Origin: Nemertoderma westbladi
Lineage: Eukaryota > Animalia > Xenacoelomorpha
Assembly (NCBI GenBank): GCA_032718475.1
Contig: JAUCBJ010000742.1
Coordinates: 64,123-128,122 of the forward strand
DNA length: 64,000 bases
Direction of reading: 5' to 3'
Positions 30,001 through 45,000 of the stretch are shown piece by piece. The position numbers and the translations under genes were made by a program. The notes under the pieces are model-generated. The model did no database searches. It saw only the letters and a program-made list of their open reading frames with translations, and had not been told where the DNA came from. Numbering within the stretch: position 1 is the first letter of the stretch; every line of letters starts with the position of its first letter.

Positions 30001-33000
30001 GGACAGGTGAGATATTGGGAAACTACAAACCAGGACAGGTGAGATATTGGGAAAATACAACCAGGACAGGTGAGATATTGGTAAACTACAAACCAGGACA
30101 GGTGAGATATTGGGAAAATACAACCAGGACAGGTGAGATATTGGGAAACTACAACCCAGGACAGGTGAGATATTGGGAAACTACAACCCAGGACAGGTGA
30201 GATATTGGGAAAATACAACCAGGACAGGTGAGATATTGGGAAAATACAACCAGGACAGGTGAGATATTGGGAAACTACAACCCAGGACAGGTGAGATATT
30301 GGTAAACTACAACCCAGGACAGGTGAGATATTGGGAAAATACAACCAGGACAGGTGAGATATTGGGAAACTACAACCCAGGACAGGTGAGATATTGGGAA
30401 ACTACAACCAGGACAGGTGAGATATTGGGAAAATACAACCAGGACAGGTGAGATATTGGTAAACTACAACCCAGGACAGGTGAGATATTGGGAAAATACA
30501 ACCAGGACAGGTGAGATATTGGTAAACTACAACCCAGGACAGGTGAGATATTGGGAAACTACAAACCAGGACAGGTGAGATATTGGGAAAATACAACCAG
30601 GACAGGTGAGATATTGGGAAACTACAACCCAGGACAGGTGAGATATTGGGAAAATACAACCAGGACAGGTGAGATATTGGTAAACTACAACCCAGGACAG
30701 GTGAGATATTGGTAAACTACAACCAGGACAGGTGAGATATTGGGAAAATACAACCAGGACAGGTGAGATATTGGGAAACTACAAACCAGGACAGGTGAGA
30801 TATTGGGAAAATACAACCCAGGACAGGTGAGATATTGGGAAACTACAAACCAGGACAGGTGAGATATTGGGAAAATACAACCAGGACAGGTGAGATATTG
30901 GGAAACTACAACCAGGACAGGTGAGATATTGGGAAAATACAACCAGGACAGGTGAGATATTGGGAAACTACAAACCAGGACAGGTGAGATATTGGGAAAA
31001 TACAACCAGGACAGGTGAGATATTGGTAAACTACAACCCAGGACAGGTGAGATATTGGGAAAATACAACCCAGGACAGGTGAGATATTGGGAAAATACAA
31101 CCAGGACAGGTGAGATATTGGTAAACTACAACCCAGGACAGGTGAGATATTGGTAAACTACAAACCAGGACAGGTGAGATATTGGGAAAATACAACCAGG
31201 ACAGGTGAGATATTGGTAAACTACAACCCAGGACAGGTGAGATATTGGGAAACTACAACCCAGTACAGGTGAGATATTGGGAAACTACAACCAGGACAGG
31301 TGAGATATTGGGAAAATACAACCAGGACAGGTGAGATATTGGGAAACTACAAACCAGGACAGGTGAGATATTGGGAAAATACAACCAGGACAGGTGAGAT
31401 ATTGGTAAACTACAACCCAGGACAGGTGAGATATTGGTAAACTACAAACCAGGACAGGTGAGATATTGGGAAAATACAACCAGGACAGGTGAGATATTGG
31501 GAAACTACAAACCAGGACAGGTGAGATATTGGGAAAATACAACCCAGGACAGGTGAGATATTGGGAAACTACAAACCAGGACAGGTGAGATATTGGGAAA
31601 ATACAACCAGGACAGGTGAGATATTGGGAAACTACAAACCAGGACAGGTGAGATATTGGGAAAATACAACCAGGACAGGTGAGATATTGGGAAACTACAA
31701 ACCAGGACAGGTGAGATATTGGGAAAATACAACCAGGACAGGTGAGATATTGGTAAACTACAAACCAGGACAGGTGAGATATTGGGAAAATACAACCCAG
31801 GACAGGTGAGATATTGGGAAAATACAACCAGGACAGGTGAGATATTGGTAAACTACAACCCAGGACAGGTGAGATATTGGTAAACTACAAACCAGGACAG
31901 GTGAGATATTGGGAAAATACAACCAGGACAGGTGAGATATTGGTAAACTACAACCCAGGACAGGTGAGATATTGGGAAACTACAACCCAGTACAGGTGAG
32001 ATATTGGGAAAATACAACCAGGACAGGTGAGATATTGGGAAAATACAACCAGGACAGGTGAGATATTGGGAAACTACAACCCAGGACAGGTGAGATATTG
32101 GTAAACTACAACCCAGGACAGGTGAGATATTGGGAAAATACAACCAGGACAGGTGAGATATTGGGAAACTACAACCCAGGACAGGTGAGATATTGGGAAA
32201 ATACAACCAGGACAGGTGAGATATTGGTAAACTACAACCAGGACAGGTGAGATATTGGGAAACTACAACCCAGTACAGGTGAGATATTGGGAAACTACAA
32301 CCCAGGGCAGGTGAGATATTGGGAAAATACAACCAGGACAGGTGAGATATTGGTAAACTACAACCCAGGACAGGTGAGATATTGGTAAACTACAACCCAG
32401 GACAGGTGAGATATTGGGAAAATACAACCCAGGGCAGGTGAGATATTGGGAAAATACAACCAGGACAGGTGAGATATTGGTAAACTACAACCCAGGACAG
32501 GTGAGATATTGGGAAACTACAACCCAGGACAGGTGAGATATTGGGAAAATACAACCAGGACAGGTGAGATATTGGTAAACTACAACCAGGACAGGTGAGA
32601 TATTGGGAAACTACAACCCAGTACAGGTGAGATATTGGGAAACTACAACCCAGGGCAGGTGAGATATTGGGAAAATACAACCAGGACAGGTGAGATATTG
32701 GTAAACTACAACCCAGGACAGGTGAGATATTGGGAAAATACAACCAGGACAGGTGAGATATTGGTAAACTACAACCAGGACAGGTGAGATATTGGGAAAC
32801 TACAACCCAGTACAGGTGAGATATTGGGAAACTACAACCCAGGGCAGGTGAGATATTGGGAAAATACAACCAGGACAGGTGAGATATTGGTAAACTACAA
32901 CCAGGACAGGTGAGATATTGGGAAACTACAACCCAGGGCAGGTGAGATATTGGGAAAATACAACCAGGACAGGTGAGATATTGGTAAACTACAACCAGGA

Positions 33001-36000
33001 CAGGTGAGATATTGGGAAACTACAACCCAGGGCAGGTGAGATATTGGGAAAATACAACCAGGACAGGTGAGATATTGGTAAACTACAACCAGGACAGGTG
33101 AGATATTGGGAAACTACAACCCAGTACAGGTGAGATATTGGGAAACTACAACCCAGGGCAGGTGAGATATTGGGAAAATACAACCAGGACAGGTGAGATA
33201 TTGGTAAACTACAACCCAGGACAGGTGAGATATTGGGAAAATACAACCAGGACAGGTGAGATATTGGTAAACTACAACCAGGACAGGTGAGATATTGGGA
33301 AACTACAACCCAGTACAGGTGAGATATTGGGAAACTACAACCCAGGGCAGGTGAGATATTGGGAAAATACAACCAGGACAGGTGAGATATTGGTAAACTA
33401 CAACCCAGGACAGGTGAGATATTGGTAAACTACAACCCAGGACAGGTGAGATATTGGTAAACTACAACCCAGGACAGGTGAGATATTGGGAAACTACAAC
33501 CCAGGACAGGTGAGATATTGGGAAAATACAACCAGGACAGGTGAGATATTGGTAAACTACAACCAGGACAGGTGAGATATTGGGAAACTACAACCCAGGG
33601 CAGGTGAGATATTGGGAAAATACAACCAGGACAGGTGAGATATTGGTAAACTACAACCCAGGACAGGTGAGATATTGGTAAACTACAACCCAGGACAGGT
33701 GAGATATTGGGAAAATACAACCAGGACAGGTGAGATATTGGTAAACTACAACCCAGGACAGGTGAGATATTGGTAAACTACAACCAGGACAGGTGAGATA
33801 TTGGGAAACTACAACCCAGGACAGGTGAGATATTGGGAAAATACAACCAGGACAGGTGAGATATTGGTAAACTACAACCAGGACAGGTGAGATATTGGGA
33901 AACTACAACCCAGTACAGGTGAGATATTGGGAAACTACAACCCAGGGCAGGTGAGATATTGGTAAACTACAACCCAGGACAGGTGAGATATTGGGAAAAT
34001 ACAACCAGGACAGGTGAGATATTGGTAAACTACAACCAGGACAGGTGAGATATTGGGAAACTACAACCCAGTACAGGTGAGATATTGGGAAACTACAACC
34101 CAGGGCAGGTGAGATATTGGTAAACTACAACCCAGGACAGGTGAGATATTGGGAAAATACAACCAGGACAGGTGAGATATTGGGAAACTACAACCCAGGA
34201 CAGGTGAGATATTGGGAAAATACAACCAGGACAGGTGAGATATTGGTAAACTACAACCAGGACAGGTGAGATATTGGGAAACTACAACCAGGACAGGTGA
34301 GATATTGGGAAACTACAACCCAGTACAGGTGAGATATTGGGAAACTACAACCCAGGGCAGGTGAGATATTGGTAAACTACAACCCAGGACAGGTGAGATA
34401 TTGGGAAAATACAACCAGGACAGGTGAGATATTGGTAAACTACAACCAGGACAGGTGAGATATTGGGAAACTACAACCCAGTACAGGTGAGATATTGGGA
34501 AACTACAACCCAGGGCAGGTGAGATATTGGTAAACTACAACCCAGGACAGGTGAGATATTGGGAAAATACAACCAGGACAGGTGAGATATTGGTAAACTA
34601 CAACCAGGACAGGTGAGATATTGGGAAACTACAACCCAGTACAGGTGAGATATTGGGAAACTACAACCCAGGGCAGGTGAGATATTGGTAAACTACAACC
34701 CAGGACAGGTGAGATATTGGTAAACTACAACCCAGGACAGGTGAGATATTGGGAAACTACAACCAGGACAGGTGAGATATTGGGAAAATACAACCAGGAC
34801 AGGTGAGATATTGGGAAAATACAACCAGGACAGGTGAGATATTGGTAAACTACAACCCAGGACAGGTGAGATATTGGTAAACTACAACCCAGGACAGGTG
34901 AGATATTGGTAAACTACAACCCAGGGCAGGTGAGATATTGGTAAACTACAACCCAGGACAGGTGAGATATTGGTAAACTACAACCCAGGACAGGTGAGAT
35001 ATTGCGAAAATACAACCCAGGACAGGTGAGATATTGCGAAAATACAACCAGGACAGGTGAGATATTGGTAAACTACAACCCAGGACAGGTGAGATATTGG
35101 TAAACTACAACCCAGGACAGGTGAGATATTGGTAAACTACAACCCAGGACAGGTGAGATATTGGTAAACTACAACCCAGGGCAGGTGAGATATTGGTAAA
35201 CTACAACCCAGGACAGGTGAGATATTGGTAAACTACAACCCAGGGCAGGTGAGATATTGGTAAACTACAACCCAGGACAGGTGAGATATTGGTAAACTAC
35301 AACCCAGGACAGGTGAGATATTGGTAAACTACAACCCAAGACAGGTGAGATATTGCGAAAATACAACCCAGGATAGGTGAGATATTGGTAAACTACAACC
35401 CAGGACAGGTGAGATATTGGTAAACTACAACCCAGGACAGGTGAGATATTGGTAAACTACAACCCAGGACAGGTGAGATATTGGTAAACTACAACCCAGG
35501 ACAGGTGAGATATTGGTAAACTACAACCCAGGGCAGGTGAGATATTGGTAAACTACAACCCAGGACAGGTGAGATATTGGTAAACTACAACCCAGGACAG
35601 GTGAGATATTGCGAAAATACAACCCAGGACAGGTGAGATATTGCGAAAATACAACCAGGACAGGTGAGATATTGGTAAACTACAACCCAGGACAGGTGAG
35701 ATATTGGTAAACTACAACCCAGGACAGGTGAGATATTGGTAAACTACAACCCAGGACAGGTGAGATATTGGTAAACTACAACCCAGGGCAGGTGAGATAT
35801 TGGTAAACTACAACCCAGGACAGGTGAGATATTGGTAAACTACAACCCAGGGCAGGTGAGATATTGGTAAACTACAACCCAGGACAGGTGAGATATTGGT
35901 AAACTACAACCCAGGACAGGTGAGATATTGGTAAACTACAACCCAAGACAGGTGAGATATTGCGAAAATACAACCCAGGATAGGTGAGATATTGGTAAAC

Positions 36001-39000
36001 TACAACCCAGGACAGGTGAGATATTGGTAAACTACAACCCAGGACAGGTGAGATATTGGTAAACTACAACCCAGGACAGGTGAGATATTGGTAAACTACA
36101 ACCCAGGACAGGTGAGATATTGGTAAACTACAACCCAGGACAGGTGAGATATTGGTAAACTACAACCCAGGACAGGTGAGATATTGGTAAACTACAACCC
36201 AGGACAGGTGAGATATTGGTAAACTACAACCCAGGACAGGTGAGATATTGGTAAACTACAACCCAGGGCAGGTGAGATATTGCGAAAATACAACCCAGGA
36301 TAGGTGAGATATTGGTAAACTACAACCCAGGACAGGTGAGATATTGGTAAACTACAACCCAGGACAGGTGAGATATTGGTAAACTACAACCCAGGACAGG
36401 TGAGATATTGGTAAACTACAACCCAGGACAGGTGAGATATTGGTAAACTACAACCCAAGACAGGTGAGATATTGCGAAAATACAACCCAGGATAGGTGAG
36501 ATATTGGTAAACTACAACCCAGGACAGGTGAGATATTGGTAAACTACAACCCAGGACAGGTGAGATATTGGTAAACTACAACCCAGGACAGGTGAGATAT
36601 TGGTAAACTACAACCCAGGGCAGGTGAGATATTGCGAAAATACAACCCAGGATAGGTGAGATATTGGTAAACTACAACCCAGGACAGGTGAGATATTGGT
36701 AAACTACAACCCAGGACAGGTGAGATATTGGTAAACTACAACCCAGGACAGGTGAGATATTGGTAAACTACAACCCAGGACAGGTGAGATATTGGGAAAA
36801 TACAACCAGGACAGGTGAGATATTGGTAAACTACAACCAGGACAGGTGAGATATTGGGAAACTACAACCAGGACAGGTGAGATATTGGTAAACTACAACC
36901 AGGACAGGTGAGATATTGGGAAACTACAACCCAGGGCAGGTGAGATATTGGTAAACTACAACCCAGGACAGGTGAGATATTGGGAAAATACAACCAGGAC
37001 AGGTGAGATATTGGTAAACTACAACCAGGACAGGTGAGATATTGGGAAACTACAACCCAGTACAGGTGAGATATTGGGAAACTACAACCCAGGGCAGGTG
37101 AGATATTGGTAAACTACAACCCAGGACAGGTGAGATATTGGTAAACTACAACCCAGGACAGGTGAGATATTGGGAAAATACAACCAGGACAGGTGAGATA
37201 TTGGGAAAATACAACCAGGACAGGTGAGATATTGGGAAAATACAACCAGGACAGGTGAGATATTGGTAAACTACAACCCAGGACAGGTGAGATATTGGTA
37301 AACTACAACCCAGGACAGGTGAGATATTGGTAAACTACAACCCAGGGCAGGTGAGATATTGGTAAACTACAACCCAGGACAGGTGAGATATTGGTAAACT
37401 ACAACCCAGGGCAGGTGAGATATTGGTAAACTACAACCCAGGACAGGTGAGATATTGGTAAACTACAACCCAGGACAGGTGAGATATTGGTAAACTACAA
37501 CCCAGGGCAGGTGAGATATTGCGAAAATACAACCCAGGATAGGTGAGATATTGGTAAACTACAACCCAGGACAGGTGAGATATTGGTAAACTACAACCCA
37601 GGACAGGTGAGATATTGGTAAACTACAACCCAGGACAGGTGAGATATTGGTAAACTACAACCAGGACAGGTGAGATATTGGTAAACTACAACCCAGGACA
37701 GGTGAGATATTGGTAAACTACAACCCAGGACAGGTGAGATATTGCGAAAATACAACCCAGGATAGGTGAGATATTGGTAAACTACAACCCAGGAGAGGTG
37801 AGATATTGGTAAACTACAACCCAGGACAGGTGAGATATTGGTAAACTACAACCCAGGAGAGGTGAGATATTGGTAAACTACAACCCAGGACAGGTGAGAT
37901 ATTGGTAAACTACAACCCAGGACAGGTGAGATATTGGGAAACTACAACCCAGGACAGGTGAGATATTGGTAAACTACAACCCAGGACAGGTGAGATATTG
38001 GGAAAATACAACCAGGACAGGTGAGATATTGGGAAACTACAACCAGGACAGGTGAGATATTGGGAAAATACAACCGAGGACAGGTGAGATATTGGGAAAA
38101 TACAACCAGGACAGGTGAGATATTGGTAAACTACAACCCAGGGCAGGTGAGATATTGGGAAACTACAACCCAGGACAGGTGAGATATTGGTAAACTACAA
38201 CCCAGGACAGGTGAGATATTGGGAAACTACAACCCAGGACAGGTGAGATATTGGTAAACTACAACCCAGGACAGGTGAGATATTGGGAAAATACAACCAG
38301 GACAGGTGAGATATTGGTAAACTACAACCCAGGACAGGTGAGATATTGGTAAACTACAACCCAGGACAGGTGAGATATTGGTAAACTACAACCCAGGACA
38401 GGTGAGATATTGGGAAAATACAACCGAGGACAGGTGAGATATTGGGAAAATACAACCCAGGGCAGGTGAGATATTGGGAAACTACAACCCAGGACAGGTG
38501 AGATATTGGTAAACTACAACCCAGGACAGGTGAGATATTGGGAAAATACAACCAGGACAGGTGAGATATTGGTAAACTACAACCCAGGACAGGTGAGATA
38601 TTGGTAAACTACAACCCAGGACAGGTGAGATATTGGTAAACTACAACCCAGGACAGGTGAGATATTGGTAAACTACAACCCAGGACAGGTGAGATATTGG
38701 GAAAATACAACCAGGACAGGTGAGATATTGGGAAACTACAACCAGGACAGGTGAGATATTGGTAAACTACAACCAGGACAGGTGAGATATTGGTAAACTA
38801 CAACCCAGGACAGGTGAGATATTGGTAAACTACAACCCAGGACAGGTGAGATATTGCGAAAATACAACCCAGGACAGGTGAGATATTGCGAAAAAACAAC
38901 CCAGGGCAGGTGAGATATTGGTAAACTACAACCCAGGACAGGTGAGATATTGGTAAACTACAACCCAGGACAGGTGAGATATTGGTAAACTACAACCCAG

Positions 39001-42000
39001 GACAGGTGAGATATTGGTAAACTACAACCCAGGACAGGTGAGATATTGCGAAAATACAACCCAGGACAGGTGAGATATTGCGAAAAAACAACCCAGGGCA
39101 GGTGAGATATTGGTAAACTACAACCCAGGGCAGGTGAGATATTGGTAAACTACAACCCAAGACAGGTGAGATATTGGGAAAATACAACCAGGACAGGTGA
39201 GATATTGGTAAACTACAACCCAGGGTAGGTGAGATATTGGTAAACTACAACCCAGGACAGGTGAGATATTGGTAAACTACAAACCAGGACAGGTGAGATA
39301 TTGGTAAACTACAACCCAGGACAGGTGAGATATTGGGAAACTACAACCCAGGACAGGTGAGATATTGGTAAACTACAACCCAGGACAGGTGAGATATTGC
39401 GAAAATACAACCCAGGACAGGTGAGATATTGGTAAACTACAACCCAGGGCAGGTGAGATATTGGTAAACTACAACCCAGGACAGGTGAGATATTGGTAAA
39501 CTACAACCCAGGACAGGTGAGATATTGGGAAAATACAACCCAGGACAGGTGAGATATTGGTAAACTACAACCCAGGACAGGTGAGATATTGGGAAAATAC
39601 AACCAGGACAGGTGAGATATTGGGAAAATACAACCAGGACAGGTGAGATATTGGTAAACTACAACCCAGGACAGGTGAGATATTGGGAAACTACAACCCA
39701 GGACAGGTGAGATATTGGTAAACTACAACCCAGGACAGGTGAGATATTGGTAAACTACAACCCAGGACAGGTGAGATATTGGGAAATTACAACCTAAGGA
39801 CAGGTGAGATATTGGTAAACTACAACCCAGGGCAGGTGAGATATTGCGAAAATACAACCAGGACAGGTGAGATATTGGTAAACTACAACCCAGGACAGGT
39901 GAGATATTGGTAAACTACAACCCAGGACAGGTGAGATATTGGGAAATTACAACCTAAGGACAGGTGAGATATTGGTAAACTACAACCCAGGGCAGGTGAG
40001 ATATTGCGAAAATACAACCAGGACAGGTGAGATATTGGTAAACTACAACCCAGGACAGGTGAGATATTGGTAAACTACAACCCAGGACAGGTGAGATATT
40101 GGTAAACTACAACCCAGGACAGGTGAGATATTGGGAAAATACAACCAGGACAGGTGAGATATTGGGAAAATACAACCCAGGACAGGTGAGATATTGGGAA
40201 ACTACAACCCAGGACAGGTGAGATATTGGTAAACTACAACCCAGGACAGGTGAGATATTGGTAAACTACAACCCAGGACAGGTGAGATATTGGGAAATTA
40301 CAACCTAAGGACAGGTGAGATATTGGTAAACTACAACCCAGGGCAGGTGAGATATTGGTAAACTACAACCCAGGACAGGTGAGATATTGGTAAACTACAA
40401 CCCAGGACAGGTGAGATATTGGTAAACTACAACCCAGGACAGGTGAGATATTGGTAAACTACAACCCAGGGCAGGTGAGATATTGGTAAACTACAACCCA
40501 GGACAGGTGAGATATTGGTAAACTACAACCCAGGACAGGTGAGATATTGGTAAACTACAACCCAGGGCAGGTGAGATATTGGTAAACTACAACCCAGGAC
40601 AGGTGAGATATTGGGAAACTACAACCCAGGGCAGGTGAGATATTGGTAAACTACAACCCAGGACAGGTGAGATATTGCGAAAATACAACCCAGGACAGGT
40701 GAGATATTGGTAAACTACAACCCAGGACAGGTGAGATATTGGTAAACTACAACCCAGGACAGGTGAGATATTGCGAAAATACAACCCAGGACAGGTGAGA
40801 TATTGGTAAACTACAACCAGGACAGGTGAGATATTGGTAAACTACAACCCAGGGCAGGTGAGATATTGGTAAACTACAACCAGGACAGGTGAGATATTGG
40901 TAAACTACAACCCAGGACAGGTGAGATATTGGTAAACTACAACCCAGGACAGGTGAGATATTGGTAAACTACAACCCAAGACAGGTGAGATATTGGTAAA
41001 CTACAACCCAAGACAGGTGAGATAATGGTAAACTACAACCCAGGACAGGTGAGATATTGCGAAAATACAACCCAGGACAGGTGAGATATTGGTAAACTAC
41101 AACCAGGACAGGTGAGATATTGGTAAACTACAACCCAGGACAGGTGAGATATTGGTAAACTACAACCCAGGACAGGTGAGATATTGCGAAAATACAACCA
41201 GGACAGGTGAGATATTGCGAAAAAACAACCCAGGGCAGGTGAGATATTGGTAAACTACAACCCAGGGCAGGTGAGATATTGGTAAACTACAACCCAAGAC
41301 AGGTGAGATATTGGGAAAATACAACCAGGACAGGTGAGATATTGGTAAACTACAACCCAGGGTAGGTGAGATATTGGTAAACTACAACCCAGGACAGGTG
41401 AGATATTGGTAAACTACAAACCAGGACAGGTGAGATATTGGTAAACTACAACCCAGGACAGGTGAGATATTGGGAAACTACAACCCAGGACAGGTGAGAT
41501 ATTGGTAAACTACAACCCAGGACAGGTGAGATATTGCGAAAATACAACCCAGGACAGGTGAGATATTGGTAAACTACAACCTAGGACAGGTGAGATATTG
41601 GTAAACTACAACCGAGGACAGGTGAGATATTGGTAAACTACAACCCAGGACAGGTGAGATATTGCGAAAATACAACCCAGGACAGGTGAGATATTGGTAA
41701 ACTACAACCCAGGACAGGTGAGATATTGCGAAAATACAACCCAGGACAGGTGAGATATTGGTAAACTACAACCAGGACAGGTGAGATATTGGGAAACTAC
41801 AACCCAGGACAGGTGAGATATTGGTAAACTACAACCCAGGACAGGTGAGATATTGCGAAAATACAACCCAGGACAGGTGAGATATTGGTAAACTACAACC
41901 AGGACAGGTGAGATATTGGTAAACTACAACCCAGGACAGGTGAGATATTGGTAAACTACAACCAGGACAGGTGAGATATTGGTAAACTACAACCCAGGGC

Positions 42001-45000
42001 AGGTGAGATATTGGTAAACTACAACCAGGACAGGTGAGATATTGGTAAACTACAACCCAGGACAGGTGAGATATTGGTAAACTACAACCCAGGACAGGTG
42101 AGATATTGGTAAACTACAACCCAAGACAGGTGAGATATTGGTAAACTACAACCCAAGACAGGTGAGATAATGGTAAACTACAACCCAGGGCAGGTGAGAT
42201 ATTGCGAAAATACAACCCAGGACAGGTGAGATATTGCGAAAATACAACCCAGGACAGGTGAGATATTGCGAAAAAACAACCCAGGGCAGGTGAGATATTG
42301 GTAAACTACAACCCAGGACAGGTGAGATATTGGTAAACTACAACCCAGGACAGGTGAGATATTGGTAAACTACAACCCAGGACAGGTGAGATATTGGTAA
42401 ACTACAACCCAGGACAGGTGAGATATTGGTAAACTACAACCCAGGACAGGTGAGATATTGGTAAACTACAACCCAGGACAGGTGAGATATTGCGAAAATA
42501 CAACCCAGGGCAGGTGAGATATTGGTAAACTACAACCCAGGACAGGTGAGATATTGCGAAAATACAACCAGGACAGGTGAGATATTGGTAAACTACAACC
42601 CAAGACAGGTGAGATATTGGGAAAATACAACCCAGGGCAGGTGAGATATTGGTAAACTACAACCCAGGGCAGGTGAGATATTGCGAAAATACAACCCAGG
42701 ACAGGTGAGATATTGGTAAACTACAACCCAAGACAGGTGAGATATTGGGAAAATACAACCAGGACAGGTGAGATATTGGTAAACTACAACCCAGGGTAGG
42801 TGAGATATTGGTAAACTACAACCCAGGACAGGTGAGATATTGGTAAACTACAAACCAGGACAGGTGAGATATTGGTAAACTACAACCCAGGACAGGTGAG
42901 ATATTGGGAAACTACAACCCAGGACAGGTGAGATATTGGTAAACTACAACCCAGGACAGGTGAGATATTGCGAAAATACAACCCAGGACAGGTGAGATAT
43001 TGGTAAACTACAACCCAGGACAGGTGAGATATTGCGAAAATACAACCAGGACAGGTGAGATATTGCGAAAATACAACCAGGACAGGTGAGATATTGGTAA
43101 ACTACAACCCGGGACAGGTGAGATATTGGTAAACTACAACCCAGGACAGGTGAGATATTGGTAAACTACAACCCAGGACAGGTGAGATATTGGTAAACTA
43201 CAACCCAGGACAGGTGAGATATTGGTAAACTACAACCCAGGACAGGTGAGATATTGGTAAACTACAACCGAGGACAGGTGAGATATTGGTAAACTACAAC
43301 CCAGGGCAGGTGAGATATTGGTAAACTACAACCCAGGACAGGTGAGATATTGGTAAACTACAACCCAGGACAGGTGAGATATTGGTAAACTACAACCCAG
43401 GACAGGTGAGATATTGGTAAACTACAACCCAGGACAGGTGAGATATTGGTAAACTACAACCCAGGACAGGTGAGATATTGCGAAAATACAACCCAGGACA
43501 GGTGAGATATTGGTAAACTACAACCCAGGACAGGTGAGATATTGCGAAAATACAACCCAGGGCAGGTGAGATATTGGTAAACTACAACCCAGGACAGGTG
43601 AGATATTGGTAAACTACAACCAGGACAGGTGAGATATTGGTAAACTACAACCAGGACAGGTGAGATATTGGTAAACTACAACCTAGGACAGGTGAGATAT
43701 TGGTAAACTACAACCCAGGACAGGTGAGATATTGGTAAACTACAACCCAGGACAGGTGAGATATTGGTAAACTACAACCCAGGGCAGGTGAGATATTGCG
43801 AAAATACAACCAGGACAGGTGAGATATTGGTAAACTACAACCCAGGGCAGGTGAGATATTGGTAAACTACAACCCAGGGCAGGTGAGATATTGCGAAAAT
43901 ACAACCAGGACAGGTGAGATATTGGTAAACTACAACCCAGGACAGGTGAGATATTGGTAAACTACAAACCAGGACAGGTGAGATATTGGTAAACTACAAC
44001 CCAGGACAGGTGAGATATTGCGAAAATACAACCAGGACAGGTGAGATATTGGTAAACTACAACCCAGGGCAGGTGAGATATTGGTAAACTACAAACCAGG
44101 ACAGGTGAGATATTGGTAAACTACAACCCAGGGCAGGTGAGATATTGGTAAACTACAACCCAGGGCAGGTGAGATATTGGTAAACTACAACCCAGGACAG
44201 GTGAGATATTGGTAAACTACAACCCAGGACAGGTGAGATATTGGTAAACTACAACCCAGGGCAGGTGAGATATTGGTAAACTACAACCCAGGACAGGTGA
44301 GATATTGGTAAACTACAACCCAGGACAGGTGAGATATTGGTAAACTACAACCCAGGACAGGTGAGATATTGGTAAACTACAACCCAGGACAGGTGAGATA
44401 TTGGTAAACTACAACCCAGGACAGGTGAGATATTGGTAAACTACAACCGGGACAGGTGAGATATTGCGAAAATACAACCAGGACAGGTGAGATATTGGTA
44501 AACTACAACCCAGGACAGGTGAGATATTGGTAAACTACAACCCAGGACAGGTGAGATATTGGTAAACTACAACCCAGGACAGGTGAGATATTGGTAAACT
44601 ACAACCCAGGACAGGTGAGATATTGGTAAACTACAACCCAGGACAGGTGAGATATTGGTAAACTACAACCCAGGACAGGTGAGATATTGGTAAACTACAA
44701 CCCAGGACAGGTGAGATATTGGTAAACTACAACCTAGGACAGGTGAGATATTGGTAAACTACAACCCAGGACAGGTGAGATATTGGTAAACTACAACCCA
44801 GGACAGGTGAGATATTGGTAAACTACAACCAGGACAGGTGAGATATTGGTAAAATACAACCAGGACAGGTGAGATATTGGTAAACTACAACCTAGGACAG
44901 GTGAGATATTGGTAAACTACAACCCAGGACAGGTGAGATATTGGTAAACTACAACCCAGGACAGGTGAGATATTGGTAAACTACAACCGGGACAGGTGAG

